Origin: Adineta vaga
Lineage: Eukaryota; Animalia; Rotifera
DNA length: 64,000 bases
Direction: 5' to 3'
NCBI GenBank assembly: GCA_021613535.1
Contig: CP075496.1
Location: forward strand, 10,354,001-10,418,000
Every line of letters begins with the position of its first letter. The first letter of the stretch is position 1. The notes beneath the pieces are model-generated. The model did not search any database. It was not told where the DNA came from and worked only from the letters and a program-made list of their open reading frames with translations. The translations under genes were made by a program, and so were the position numbers. Below are positions 28,949 through 44,736 of the stretch, one piece after another.

Positions 28949-29867
28949 ATGACTAGTATTATCAATAAATTATTGGGAAAAGACAATGAACATGCACATA
29001 AAACTGAAGTTAAATGTGAAAGTGGATCATGCAGCACAACATTGACTGGTGGAGAAAAATGTGGAACCAAACAAGAATGTAAAACTGAAATTGCTCATGG
29101 TGAAACCTGTGAAAGTCGAACAGTTCAACGTGATGGTGTAAATATCAAATCAACTATTTCAACCGATGGTAAATCAACATTATCATTGGCCAATCAACAA
29201 AAACTCACCGATTTAGTCACTAAACTAGGTATTTAAATCAGCTGTAAATTCGTTTTACATATTACGAATCATTTTTCTTTTAGGCTCAACACATACACAA
29301 ATTGACAAATATGCGAAAGAACAAACGGAACAAATCAACGAACAAATTCAACGTGAAATCGATGAAGTTGTTGGTCGCTCACGTCGTGAACAAGAAGAAC
29401 TTCTTCGCAAAGCCAATGAACACACTGCTGTGATTGATGAAGAATATCGTGCACGATTACAATTGATGGTTGAAGAAATTGATGCTGCTAAAGCCAAACG
29501 AATCTCAGAAATTGAAATCGATTTAAACAATCAACAAGCTGTCATTTTACAAGCAGCTCGAAATGATATTGATGAATTGAATAAGAAAGCTTCTCGACTC
29601 AAAATCGGTGTTTTAGAAGCTGCTGAAGCTAAAGCTGCAAATGATGCTCGTGTAATCACTTCTAACGCTAATTTAGATAAAGCATCAGCTGTTCATCAAG
29701 CTACCGGCACAACAACAATTAAAACTGAAGTAACAGCAGCAGCTACAACTACTGCTGCTACTGGTTCAGCTGCAACAGTTCATGACGCAGCTAGTGGCGC
29801 TAGACATGTCACCGAAACCAAAACAGTTGAAACAACCAAACACCAATCACATGACATCAAAAAATAA
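28949..29867 (+). CDS. 287-aa hydrophilic protein with a central 11-mer amphipathic helix/coiled coil (CAHS/LEA-like architecture)
   Basis: Exons 28949-29228 and 29284-29867, separated by a 55-nt phase-1 intron. No Pro, Phe or Trp. Hydrophobic residues recur every 11 aa across ~105 aa. Both termini are T/K/E/H-rich. Confidence 0.85.
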
Positions 29868-30137
29868 ACGAAAACGACATCAGATACAAAAAATGTTTTT
29901 CTTATATCATGTCGTCTTCTTTTTTCGCTGTATATTTTATTCAAGCATTTTTAGTTAATATTTTCGAATGTCTTGTTTTTATTGAATGGAAATAAACATT
30001 TGAAAGCGTATTGTGTACTTCATATAAGTTGAAACAGATGTTTTCAAGGTCCTACAGTACATTCTTTCAGATCTAATCCACCTGATATAAATAATCTCAG
30101 TTAAATGTTCAAACAAATATATTATCTAGACTAAAAA

Positions 30138-31296
30138 ATGCAGTATACATTTGGTTTAATTGTTCCAGGAGCTATTATTACTTCTATTTTAAATTCTACT
30201 GCGATTATTCGACTCTGTGGTAGTTTACCAGAATTAGGTTCATGGTCGATAGATAAAGCACCAAAACTTAATTTACTTACAAAAGAATTTTATCAATCAA
30301 AGAATTTATTGAATGAACCAAGATTTTATCGAATCGATGTTAATATTTCAAGAGATGTGAAAGAATTCGATTATAAATACATAATTAATGATGTATGGGA
30401 AGGGAAACAAGGAGAAAATCGAGTATGGTTACGCGATGATTGTAAAAATTTAGTAGATGAAATCTATTATACACCAATTGATTACTGGATAGATGTCAAT
30501 AGTGGTGGTATGAAAAACTAAGATGTCTTCATAAATCATTTCTGTTTCTTTTTCTGTTCAGCGACGGATGAAAAGACTCATACATCAAATTATTACAATG
30601 AAATTGTTACGAATCAAATCATGCATTATGGTCGTGTCAATGATCGTTTAAATGTGGGCAGTTGTCCTCGCACATTAGGACACATTAATAACGTCTTACG
30701 TGAAAAATTAGGTGTCACAGCTGTTCTTAATTTGCAAGTTGTTAAAGATATTGAACGTAATTGTAAAAAAATTCTCGGTGATAATCATGTTCCTCAACCA
30801 AACAATGAGTATGATTTAGCAAGTGTAGATATCTTACGAAAAGCGTATGAACAAGCTGGAATTCTGTTCTTATGGGTACCCATAACTGATCTTTCATCAA
30901 CTGGAAGAGAATTAATGTCTCCACAAGCAACTTTAGTTTTGAAAACATTATTAGAAAAAGGTCATAAAGTTTATGTTCATTGTAATGCTGGTAAGTGTAG
31001 ATATAAAATGCAACGCGTATTAATCTATGTTTTTCAGTTGACCTTTGTTCCGAGGTTACATAAAAGATCATTTTTTTTCTTCATATATTTACACTTGATC
31101 GATAAAAAAACCTAAATCAATTGATATTTTAGGAGTTGGTCGAGCATTTGGAATTGTTTGTGCTTATCATCATTTCGTTTTGAAGATGCCATTATCCAAA
31201 GTTCATTATGAGTTAGCTCCAGTACGTTCATGTGGCTTTTTCGATCGTGTATTTTTGGAAAATGCAGAAAAAATATACAAACAAGCATACGAATAA
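30138..31296 (+). CDS. EPM2A: Laforin glucan phosphatase (CBM20 + dual-specificity phosphatase)
   Basis: Exons 30138-30507, 30562-30990, 31133-31296. CBM20 motifs GSLPELGSW, YKY, WEG, PIDYW; DSP motifs VGSCPR, LGVTAVLNLQ; catalytic VYVHCNAGVGRA is split by intron 2. Confidence 0.9.
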
Positions 31297-31368
31297 AACA
31301 AATGGTAAATAAGGATGAACAAAGCTTTTCATTTCTCTCTTTTCTATAATCAAGCAATCAATAAACAT

Positions 31369-32262
31369 TCAAGTTTTTTTAATATAATTTCCTCTATTTT
31401 GTTCTTGTCTTTCGATTGGTTGAAATTGAAAATCAAATTCAGGTTGAAAAGGTAATGACGATGATGTTGATGTTAAATCTTGTAAAGATTGTGAACGATA
31501 TTGCTGAAAGGGTGAATTTTGACTATGTTTTAATTCGACACCATGTTTAAGACACATTTCATCGACTAATTGATTGAATTCATGTGTTTGAGGAGTTGTC
31601 GAAGTTTTATAAACAACGATTTTTTTATTTGGATGAGAATGTTTAACATGAGCAAAGACGGATGATAATTCATTCGGATTCATTAAACATTCTTTTGTAC
31701 CTTCAACACGATAAACGACAGTAGGTTGTTGATCTGAATTAGGTTTCATTCGATGTAAACGACGAGAAGATTTTAATTCACCTTGAAGAACTTCACGACT
31801 ACTAGTTCGAGAATGACTTGGTGGCTTTTTACTTGGTGAATTGCCATTATGTGATAGTTTACCATTTGGGGTGACTGTGCAAGTTTGATGGGAAGTAGAA
31901 GGTAGATGATCATTTGAATAACTACGTGTACTAAAACATAAATCAAAGATAAGAAAAAGATTGTTAGAATCTGTTTACTGTTCTTCATTAAAAGAATTTT
32001 GATATTGTGATAGATCAGTTTTATCCTGATGATTGGTCGTTAAATTAAGTAATAATTTTAATAATAAATCTCGTTCTTTTCTCATTTCATTGATTGTTTC
32101 CATGAGAAGCGATTCATTCAATTTCGCTTTCAAATATTCATTCTCACGCCAAAGTACATCACGTTCATCCATCAAACCATGAATCATTGAAATAAGTTGT
32201 TCATTGTCATATTGCTGTTCATGATTTTTGTCAACTGTTTTTATTGGAATATTTTTAAACAT
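31369..32262 (-). CDS. Uncharacterised protein with a short N-terminal coiled coil
   Basis: Exons ~31979-32262 and 31369-31930, joined by a phase-2 GT-AG intron, give one continuous frame (ERDVLWRENEYLK...TVVYRVEG). Convergent with laforin, ~70 nt between stop codons. Confidence 0.7.
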
Positions 32263-33958
32263 AATTTCGTTCGAAATTTGTCAACTGTACTTAAATTTAT
32301 CTGTTTTGTAGTTGATCGAATTTGACCTAAGAATTGATTGACAAGACGAAGGGTAATGGAGAATGAGACTATACAATTACTAGCGTGCTCTTAGTCTCTC
32401 TACGTGATCTAAAGAGCAAAGTAATTTCAATGGCTCGCTCCGCCTTTTCTCTTGCCTCATTTTGCATCACTTGAATTATATTACGCGAAAGAGTTGAGAG
32501 AAGAAGAAAGAGAAGAAGAAGAAGAAGAAGAAGCATACTCTTCTCTTCGTTTTTGTTATTCACTCTTATTCGTTTTCTCTTATTCTTTTCTCTTCCCTTA
32601 CTTTGCAATACTTGTCCGTTGTCGTTTAGTGTTTGTAAATATCAACGATTGGACTGCCAATGTTACCTTGAGCAGATGATGCCATAGAAAAGAGTAACGT
32701 CAAAAGAAAAAGTAAAGAAAAAAGAAAAAAAAGAAACGAATTATTGATGTTTTCGATAGTTTTTCAAAAGGTGAAAATGAAGATTTATGAGTTTTACATT
32801 AAAAAAAGAAAAGAAAAACGAACTCAACATAAATCTTTCATGTTGATAAAGATTATTTTTGCAAAAAAAACGAATATATTACAATCATTTGTTTATTTTA
32901 GTCAAGAAATCATTTACATAAAAGGCAAGACCTCTCAAATATCGTTCAATAGTATACAATGCTGTAACAAGAGATAGATATTGTTTGTCTTTGTTGAAAT
33001 TGAATAATATGATTTGTTTTCTTTTAATTTATAACGTCTGTTCGACAAATGAAACCTTAAAGAAAAGAAATTCAATCGAATCTTTCTGTTTTTTTCGGAC
33101 TTAAATTTTCATTGTTTATTTAAATTCTATTAATCCTAGTTTTATTTGTTATTTTTTCTACGATTAGAGTACTATTACAATTGTCGTTGATGACAATGAT
33201 TAATCTTTCTACATGAGATATATCGTCAAGGATACATAAGAAAAGTTTGTTGAGGAATACTAATGTATGCAAATTATTAGTAATTCATAATATAAAAAAC
33301 TATGATCGCGCTTTTTGAACTTGAAATTATTCACATCAATACTCTTAGAATATATTCGAAAGTGAGGAGAAAAGGAATACAATTGAGCTGTTCATGTTTA
33401 TGCTTTTTGATATACAATGAATATTTCTATCGATATTTTCATTGTCAATATTGAAAACAAACATTCCTTGTATTAAAATTGTCGAAATAAGTACGGTATT
33501 GATGTGAAAAGTAAATATGAACGAAATTTTGGTATTTATTCATTGTTATATCTCCACCAAGCGGTTTTCAATCATAAACAAAACATCAAGTAAGTTATCA
33601 TCGTGATATATTCTTGTCATGCTGATCTGTCCGGCTCTCAAGAAATAAATAAACTTCGATTCATTTTCTACAATAACGATAAGAGAAGATTTCGATGGTG
33701 AAAGTTTCGTCTCATTTGTATTACAAAAAATGAATGATATCAATTCAAGAATTCTTTCATATTTCAATAACGTTATCTTCAATAACAATATAATACCTCT
33801 TGTAGTATTTTTCCTTCAGAGACTAAGTTATTTTAAAAGTGAAGAATTAAATTTTATAGAATTCAAAGCTAGAAACGTAGATAAATACAGTATTATAATC
33901 AGATTTCTTTTTATTGAATAATTATTGAGCATATCGATTGAAACTTTTACAAAATAAT

Positions 33959-34972
33959 TTATTGTAATAAAGCTCTGGCATAAACAGCTAAAACTCCACT
34001 TGCAAGACCACTTTTATGTGATAAACATCCATCAGTCATTTCTTGTTCAATCAATAAATGTCGTTTTGTTTTTATACTGGTTTCCATTGTATCAGATTTA
34101 CCATTAAAACATCCATCTTCTGGATCTTGCCATGTTAAAATTGTATTAAACCAATCAAAACGTAAAAATTCTTCATAGCCGATCATTGAACATAGGAGAA
34201 CTTGTTCAAGAAATAAATCTTGATTTTCATTTTCGATCAAATTCGTTTGAGCATCTTGATATATATTCGAACAATAACGATCTTCGAGTTGTTTGAGACT
34301 TTTACTCGCAAGATCTGATATAGGACGATGATCAATACAACCAATATTTTTTGCAATTAAAAACCATAATAATTGATGTGTTAAACGATAATCAGCACTA
34401 TTCACAGAAGTCATCAGTTTCCAACATGATTGAGTAACGAAACATTGTGATGAATTCGAATCATTACTTGAACCAAGTAATTCAGCAAAACAAGCATCGG
34501 ATACATCTTCATCGAAGTCACTAATTCTTTCACCGCTTTCAATTAGATGTGGTTTCACTTTTCTTATTTCATAATCGATAAGAAATGGTTTCGATGCAAC
34601 TAGTGTAAATCGTTGTAAATATGCTGATGTTTTTCGAGCTATTTCTGTTAAACTTTTATTTGCTATTCGTTCGATTTGATTCGATAATAATTGTATATGA
34701 TTATGTACATCTGTTAGATGTGTATTCTCGTTTGATGAAGAAGTTAACGTATTATGAAGAGCATTTAATTGTCCTTGTGCAATACGTAGACCATATAATC
34801 CATCGAGATTTAAATCTTTGGCATCCATTTCAAAGAATTGTAACAAACGTTGTAAAGCATTTAATGCTTGACCACCATATTTCATGTGTAATTCAGGTGA
34901 AGGTAGAGTTGAACTTGTTATCACATGTAAAGCAGAACAAATACTGAAGATCACAAACAATTGAATAGACAT
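33959..34972 (-). CDS. UPF0764 protein C16orf89 homologue, secreted
   Basis: 337-aa single coding exon with signal peptide; LNLDGLYGLRIAQGQL, SDACFAELLG, YRLTHQLL, DLFLEQVLLC, WQDPEDGCF, GCLSHKSGLA. Confidence 0.85.
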   Translation of the reverse strand: MSIQLFVIFSICSALHVITSSTLPSPELHMKYGGQALNALQRLLQFFEMDAKDLNLDGLYGLRIAQGQLNALHNTLTSSSNENTHLTDVHNHIQLLSNQIERIANKSLTEIARKTSAYLQRFTLVASKPFLIDYEIRKVKPHLIESGERISDFDEDVSDACFAELLGSSNDSNSSQCFVTQSCWKLMTSVNSADYRLTHQLLWFLIAKNIGCIDHRPISDLASKSLKQLEDRYCSNIYQDAQTNLIENENQDLFLEQVLLCSMIGYEEFLRFDWFNTILTWQDPEDGCFNGKSDTMETSIKTKRHLLIEQEMTDGCLSHKSGLASGVLAVYARALLQ

Positions 34973-36716
34973 CTAAAATAAATAAAAAAAGTAACATTTA
35001 TACACAGAACAACAACAGCATAGAGAAAGTACTGATAAATTAGTTAGATATAGAACTAAGAAATATAAGAACAAGCAATGGTTACTTGTGAGAAAGATGG
35101 TGTATGTTCTACTGATAGTATATATATATATATATATATATAGATATAGGATAGCAACATTTGTCTATTTCCTTTCTGTGGTTGTAAAAATGTATAGAAC
35201 AAAGAAGAGAAAGAAAAAGTCATATAGAACGGTTTAGGTTACAGTACTTGATAAAAAAATGACTCATCTCATTCGTATTGTTATCGAAATGCAGCTGGAA
35301 GCAAAAAAAATCAAATTGATTTGCATGTGAATATTTCATCTCTTATCGATTATATTATTTTCTTTCGTTCTATAGAAAATATTCAAATAATTTAATATAC
35401 ATGAAATAATCGTCTGATCATAAAATAATGATTAACCTCATGGATATTGGCAAATCATGTGTTCTGTACAAAAATAGAGAAAAATCGAAAAGTCACTCTT
35501 GATTAGCTGTCAGAACCCGATGATTCATACTTTTATTAGTAGATTGAATTCAAGTAATACACTTTGTCTAAACTAACTCTCTTCGTGACATTTCAATACT
35601 AAAAAATTCAAAATTTAATACAGAATCGAATGATATATTTTTTTATTGTGAAATAATGTTTATAAACATGATTTTTACCTCGAAAACGATTAGCTTGTAC
35701 AGTCATCTGCGATATTTCGTCGTAGTTTGCGATGTATTATTGATTCAATCGTAACTATCTCAGCATAAATATATTACAGAAATGTATGTATGACCTCGGC
35801 AATCTGTTATACAAAAAAAAAACGTTTTTTGAATCTATGAGTCTATACGTAAGGAAATATAGTTGTCGCTGATGAGAAGCGCATTTGCGATTAATTACAC
35901 GAAAGAAACATCTTTTTACTCCTCTGACAGTAAACCATAAAGTTAACGTTCTTTTCTGATCAGTCAAGCGTCAAATAAATTTATAAGAATCCTATAGTCG
36001 ACAAAAACATTGCTAATATTTGTCTTGATGTTACTTATTTTTCATAATAAAAAATGAATTTATGTTTTGTTCGTCTATAAATTTTTTTTTATACAATGGT
36101 ACAAATCGAAAAATAGAACTATGTAAACGATTATCAGTTAATCTAAGTGTATATTCCTAACATTCATCAATCACGTTCTTTTGTTCAACAAAAACAACCT
36201 GAAGTACAATAAGTGCGTTGATCCTCATCTATGATTCAACATGCATGTTTTTTTGTTATTTATTTCTTATTATGTAATCATTCTAACTAATACGACTATT
36301 GTTCATGTGACAATTCTTTTCAAAGATATGTTCAATGTCTGAATGAAATCTACACGTTCAAATTTTGACACAATATTTACGAATTAAGAATGATTTGACC
36401 ATCAGTAGTTCATTGATTATAAAATATCTTCTTCCAATATTCACATCTGTTTGATTGTTTGACCTCTCATCTAATTAAATATTGTTAATTTGACAAGCAG
36501 GTGATATAATACATTGAAAAAAAGAATATTGAATGTGTGAAAGAAATGTAAACCGATCCTTGAACCCGATAAATGCATTCATAAGCTTGCTGAGGTCAAA
36601 AACGTTAATCCTTCTTTCTTAAGTTTTTTTTTCTATTCTAAACAAACAATAGATTTGCTTCCTCCTTTCTATTTCGCTTCTTTTCGACTATTCACATCAT
36701 CACTTTCTTCATCAAC

Positions 36717-38652
36717 ATGCAATTCAATAGACTTCAAACATTCTTTCACTTCTCTGTATTTTTATCATATGTTTCAACAGGTAAATAACAAAATATATAC
36801 AATTAATCGCTTCTACTTCTATCATTCTAGACATGAGAATTGTCTGTTACTATGCAAATTGGTCATTTTATCGTCTTCCAAATACGCCAATCTTATATCC
36901 TGATCATATTGAACCATCGCTTTGTACACATATTCATGTTGCTTTTGCATTGATTAATCCAAAGACATTAAAAATTGAACCAAGTGAAAAACATGATACA
37001 CATTTTACCGATATATTTGAAACGGTAAACTGACGGATCTTTATTAGTTTCGATCGTATTTTTACAAAAATATTTGTATATTATTTAGCCATTATATTTA
37101 AGATTGTATAAATTGAAACGATTTAAACCTTCATTGAAATTATTGATAGCAGTAGGAGGATGGACAGCTCGTAGTGAAGCATTTAATAATATTCTAACGA
37201 ATTCATCAACTCGAACAACATTTATTCGACAAACCAAAGAATTTCTACGAGAATGGAATTTTGATGGAATCGATTTAGTATGTTATTCAAAGTTGTGAAG
37301 AGAAATGATTCCTATTAATTATTATTAATAGGATTGGGAATTTCCAGGTGATAGTGAACGTGGTGCTATGAATAATTCTCGTGAAGAATTCAATATTCTT
37401 ATCAAAGTAATTATGGAGTTATTAAAATCATATCGACATCGTTTCATCTAGGAAATGCATGAATCATTTCATAATGATTCAAATCCGTTTCTTCTAACTG
37501 CTGCAGTTACTGCTGATCCAATTAAAGTTGATAATGGTTATGTCGTACCTGATTTTTGCCAGTAGGAATGAAATATATACGAGTTATATCCTGTTTCATT
37601 TTCTCTTTACTATTAGGCATCTTGATTATGTTAGTGTAATGACATATGATTATTATGGAGCATGGGATAATGTTACGGGTATTAATGCACCACTTTATGG
37701 AAGAAATTCTCTTGCAAATGATGATGGTGATGAACATTGGAAGAATGTCGTAAGTCATGAGAATGAAATTCTTGAATCTATTGTTTGGTTTCTTTCGTAG
37801 AACAATTCAATTCATTACTGGTTATCGAATGGCTGTTCAGCAGAAAAACTTAATTTAGGTTTAGCATTATACGGTCGAAGTTTTACATTGATGGATGATT
37901 CAGATTCAGTATCAATTGGTACAGAAACGATCGGTAGTGGAATAGGTATTAATAATCAATTTTTATATATTTAAATGCTTTTTTTGTTGTATATCAATTG
38001 TAGCTGGACCATTCACAAAAGAAAATGGCACATTAGCATATTTTGAAGTAAAATTTTCCATAATCTACTAATCCAATTGATAATCGTATCTATTTTCGAT
38101 AGATTTGTCAAAAATTACGAGTTTACAATTGGACACGTGTGTTTGATACCGAAGCACAAGCTCCCTATGCATATAGTCCACTATCGAATCCATCCGAAAA
38201 ACAATGGGTTGGTTATGATGATCTGAAAAGTGTTACTATCAAAGTACATAGTTATATCTTATTCTTTCAATTTATTTGAATGAAGAAAATATGGTTTTTC
38301 TATCTAGGTTTTATATGCTAAAACAATGAATCTTGGTGGAATAATGTTATGGTCGCTCGATCAAGATGATTATACAGGTATATTTTGTCAACAAGGTCCA
38401 TTTTCATTTACACGTCGTGTTCGAGATATTCTTTACCCATCGAATAAAACGAACAAACAAGAATCGTCAAGTTCAACAAAAACACGACCTAAACAAACAA
38501 TTACCTTTGTTCCCATTCATCGACATACCTCACAAAAACATCGATCAATATCTACATCAACATTGAAATCAAATGTTACTAATACAAATGTTATAAGCAA
38601 TGGAATTGTCTATTTCTTATCTGTTATTTTGTTGCTAAGTTTTACCGGATGA
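36717..38652 (+). CDS. Glycoside hydrolase family 18 chitinase with S/T-rich linker and hydrophobic C-terminus
   Basis: Signal-peptide exon 36717-36780, then IVCYYANW, CTHIHVAFA, AVGGW, catalytic FDGIDL|DWEFPG (intact DxxDxDxE), MTYDYYGAW, WVGYDD, LGGIMLWSLDQDD, spread over about ten short-intron exons. Confidence 0.92.
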
Positions 38653-38980
38653 GAAATAAAATGTAGATAAATACGTGTGTTTTTGAACACGTCAAAAACT
38701 AGTGAAAAAACAGCATTTCATACAATCTGATATATTTCACATTGTTTCTTCGAGAGATCATCGGGTAATTGAAAATAGTAATATCATTGGATCAATAACT
38801 CTGATTGATTTTCAACGAGAGAAATGATTACATATGTTTTCAGATACTTTTGATAGACATGAAAAGCGTTTATTCATGCATGAAAATGAAATAAAGACAA
38901 AAAAATTCATCAGAATTTATATACACATACATCACACCGAAATCAGAGAATATAAATGCAAGTGAATAACAAGAATTTGT

Positions 38981-40554
38981 TCAATAATGTCGTCTTTTCT
39001 TCTGCAAATGTTCATGTTCAAACATATTTTCATAATTATTCTCGCCTAAATTATTTCCACATCCATCCGTCGATGGTATTGACGCATATGTGTATGAATT
39101 ATATGGATATCTTGAAAGAATAAAAACTATTTAAATAACTTTAAATGAAAGCATTTCAGACATACCGATTATCAGGACAATCACGAAAGCCTTTCGCAAA
39201 TGGATTATTATCAATTTTTAATTGTGTTATCTACAAAAGATAGAACAAGATTTTAATTGAATAGAAAAAGTCAATCTAGTATCAATATTTACATCAGTAT
39301 TTTGATATGCTGTTACAGCAATGAATTGTGTTTCAGGAAATGTGAATGTATACTTCGATAATGAATCAATTGATTCTTCACTAATTTGAACGATACTTAA
39401 ACGAGGAATATATTTATGCATTGAATTCAAAAGTAATGGCATCTAAATACATAGTTGAAATCATTCGCTTGAAAAATATTCATTCAATAGACATACTTGA
39501 TTCTGAGAATCACTTCCAGCTAATTTTTTATTATTTGTTAATTTTAATTTCGAAAAGGAAATTCTTGTATTTTTCATCCATTGTTCGCCACTGGAAGGTG
39601 AATCAGGATGTAAATAACGATGACCTAAAATAGAATTGAAAAAAAAATGAATTCAATTAGAAACTTTTCCTACTAACTGTTTTTCGGACATGAATCAGCT
39701 TGGTCACTAGCCATCCATTTACCAGAATTGAATTTCCAATGATTCGTATCTACTAAAACCATTTCTACGTAGATATCATAAATAGCTTCAGATTTTAAAC
39801 CAGATACTTTTAATTCAAGAGTTGGAAACATACGACGACCAGCTAAATATCCAATGATAGTTATAGAAAATATACTTTTCTTATGAATGATTAACTTACT
39901 TTTAGTGACAACATTTTCATGAATATGTGAAGCAAATTTTAACCATAATGGTCGATTAAGAAGTTCAACAGCAACAGAATCCGATTGACAAATTCCATTC
40001 GATGATGACTAAGAAAGATTAGTATGATTCAATAAATGTATTCCGATGAATAATTTAGAAATACAAGGAAATCTTCTACTCACATACGATGTGGAATAAT
40101 CTTTACTATCATTTGTATTACAATTTGCTTGTTTCATTGTTGATTGAGTGTAAGCTGGATGTTGATTACATATTGGATCCAATGGAGGAATACAATTTGT
40201 AGATGGTATGGAATAATCATATGTTGTTGCTGAATGATAATTGGAGAGTTTTGACGCATATAGTATTTCATTCGGATGTTCATCAGTCGTATAATGTGGA
40301 TTACAAATGGATTGATAGTGTGTTGATGAAACTTGATTATCTAGATCCTTTTCATTTATATTATTATGGAATTGTTGATTTGAAAGTGTATAGTAATGAT
40401 TTGTTTCATAAATTGATGGACGATAATGATGCGGATTATTGGAATCATCATTGAATGGTACTGGACAATAATATGAATGAGATTGTGGTGATATATAATA
40501 GTATTCTGTTGAATTTTGATGAACTTCATCATTCGTTTCAAGTGAAGCTATCAT
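38981..40554 (-). CDS. EOMES: T-box transcription factor, Tbr1/Eomes/Tbx21 (T-brain) subfamily
   Basis: Spliced T-box: [68 protein letters not shown]|[17 protein letters not shown]. NHWxF and QNTDITQLKID are typical of Eomes/Tbr1. Confidence 0.8.
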
Positions 40555-41895
40555 TGTAGAAGTCTTTAGGTATTGCTGTTCACACTTGTTCTGTAGCAGG
40601 TGCTAATCGAATAGAAGAAGGAAAGAAAACACGATATATGATGTTGAAGAAAAGATAAAATATATATTCTTATTTAAAAGAGAGAATAATAAAAACAAAA
40701 ATGACCAATAAAAATGTCAGCCAATAAGAGAAACGAAAGGAGAGATGATTACTCTTCTTCTTCTTCTTCTCTTCGCTTTTTGATAATTAATCGTTGATGA
40801 TCATCATAAAAAAAGATAACTTTTCATGCGTTTCAAATCTGGGACTTTCCCTAAAAAGAAAGATTTCTAATAATCTCGTTTCTGTTTGAATGGATAAGAA
40901 GAAAAAAAAATGAATGTTCTTTCGTGTTCGTTAGATGTGACATTTATCCATTATCAGCTTTTTATGTCTGTGATTTACTTTCATCTAGCATCGGAATTGA
41001 AGATTGAAAAGAATCGGTTTGTTTTTCACTTTTATTCAGTTTGAAGATTTGTCAACAAATCAATGATGAGTGCTTTTGTAGATCGTTGATATGACATTGT
41101 ATTGACTGTGAAATAATCAGATATTTCGTCATTCTGGGAAATCGATATGTTTGTCATGGTTGTGGTTAAGTCGAACTAATTGATACGATCGTCACTTAGC
41201 TAAGCTTGTTTGATAACGTTGATTAAAATTTAGTTAGGAGAAAGAAAATTCACATGAAGAATGAGATTAATTTCACTTCGTGAGAGAATTGTAATTAGTT
41301 CAAAGTTTTATGATAATTTGTAGAAAACTCTGCATTTTATTGAAGATTTTAATAACAAATCTGTATTGAAACATCTGTTTCGATAGGTAGGCGTAGAATT
41401 TCTTGTAGAAAAATATGTCGTATGCTTTGTCTCCTTTGCCATCTAATCTATATTATATATCACACATTCAATATTTCCTATTGTACGGTCATTATCACAT
41501 TGTTCATAAGAGATTGGTGCTATTATCGTGGCATGTAGTGATAACACAATCATGAACATCAGAACATGTTTGTTTTTATCTGCAGAGTAATTTCATGATG
41601 CAGTGTGTCTTGATGAAAACTTTTTAATTCGGTAAACGATACAAGTAGTTAATAAACTAACTTTCTCTTTTAATGACGACAAGTCTATCAGAAAACTATA
41701 TATATAGAATTTCAATGTATAGATAAAATCATGTTTTTCTTTGTATAATTGAAAGTCTAAATGTTTAAGAATACAATCGAGAGGGAAAAATAAACATAGA
41801 AATTATGAACAAGAGTACGAGGATGAAAGGATTACTTAGATTTTATATACATCAACAGAGTAAAAAACAAACAAACAAAACTATTAAATCCATTT

Positions 41896-44736
<2,841 letters not shown>

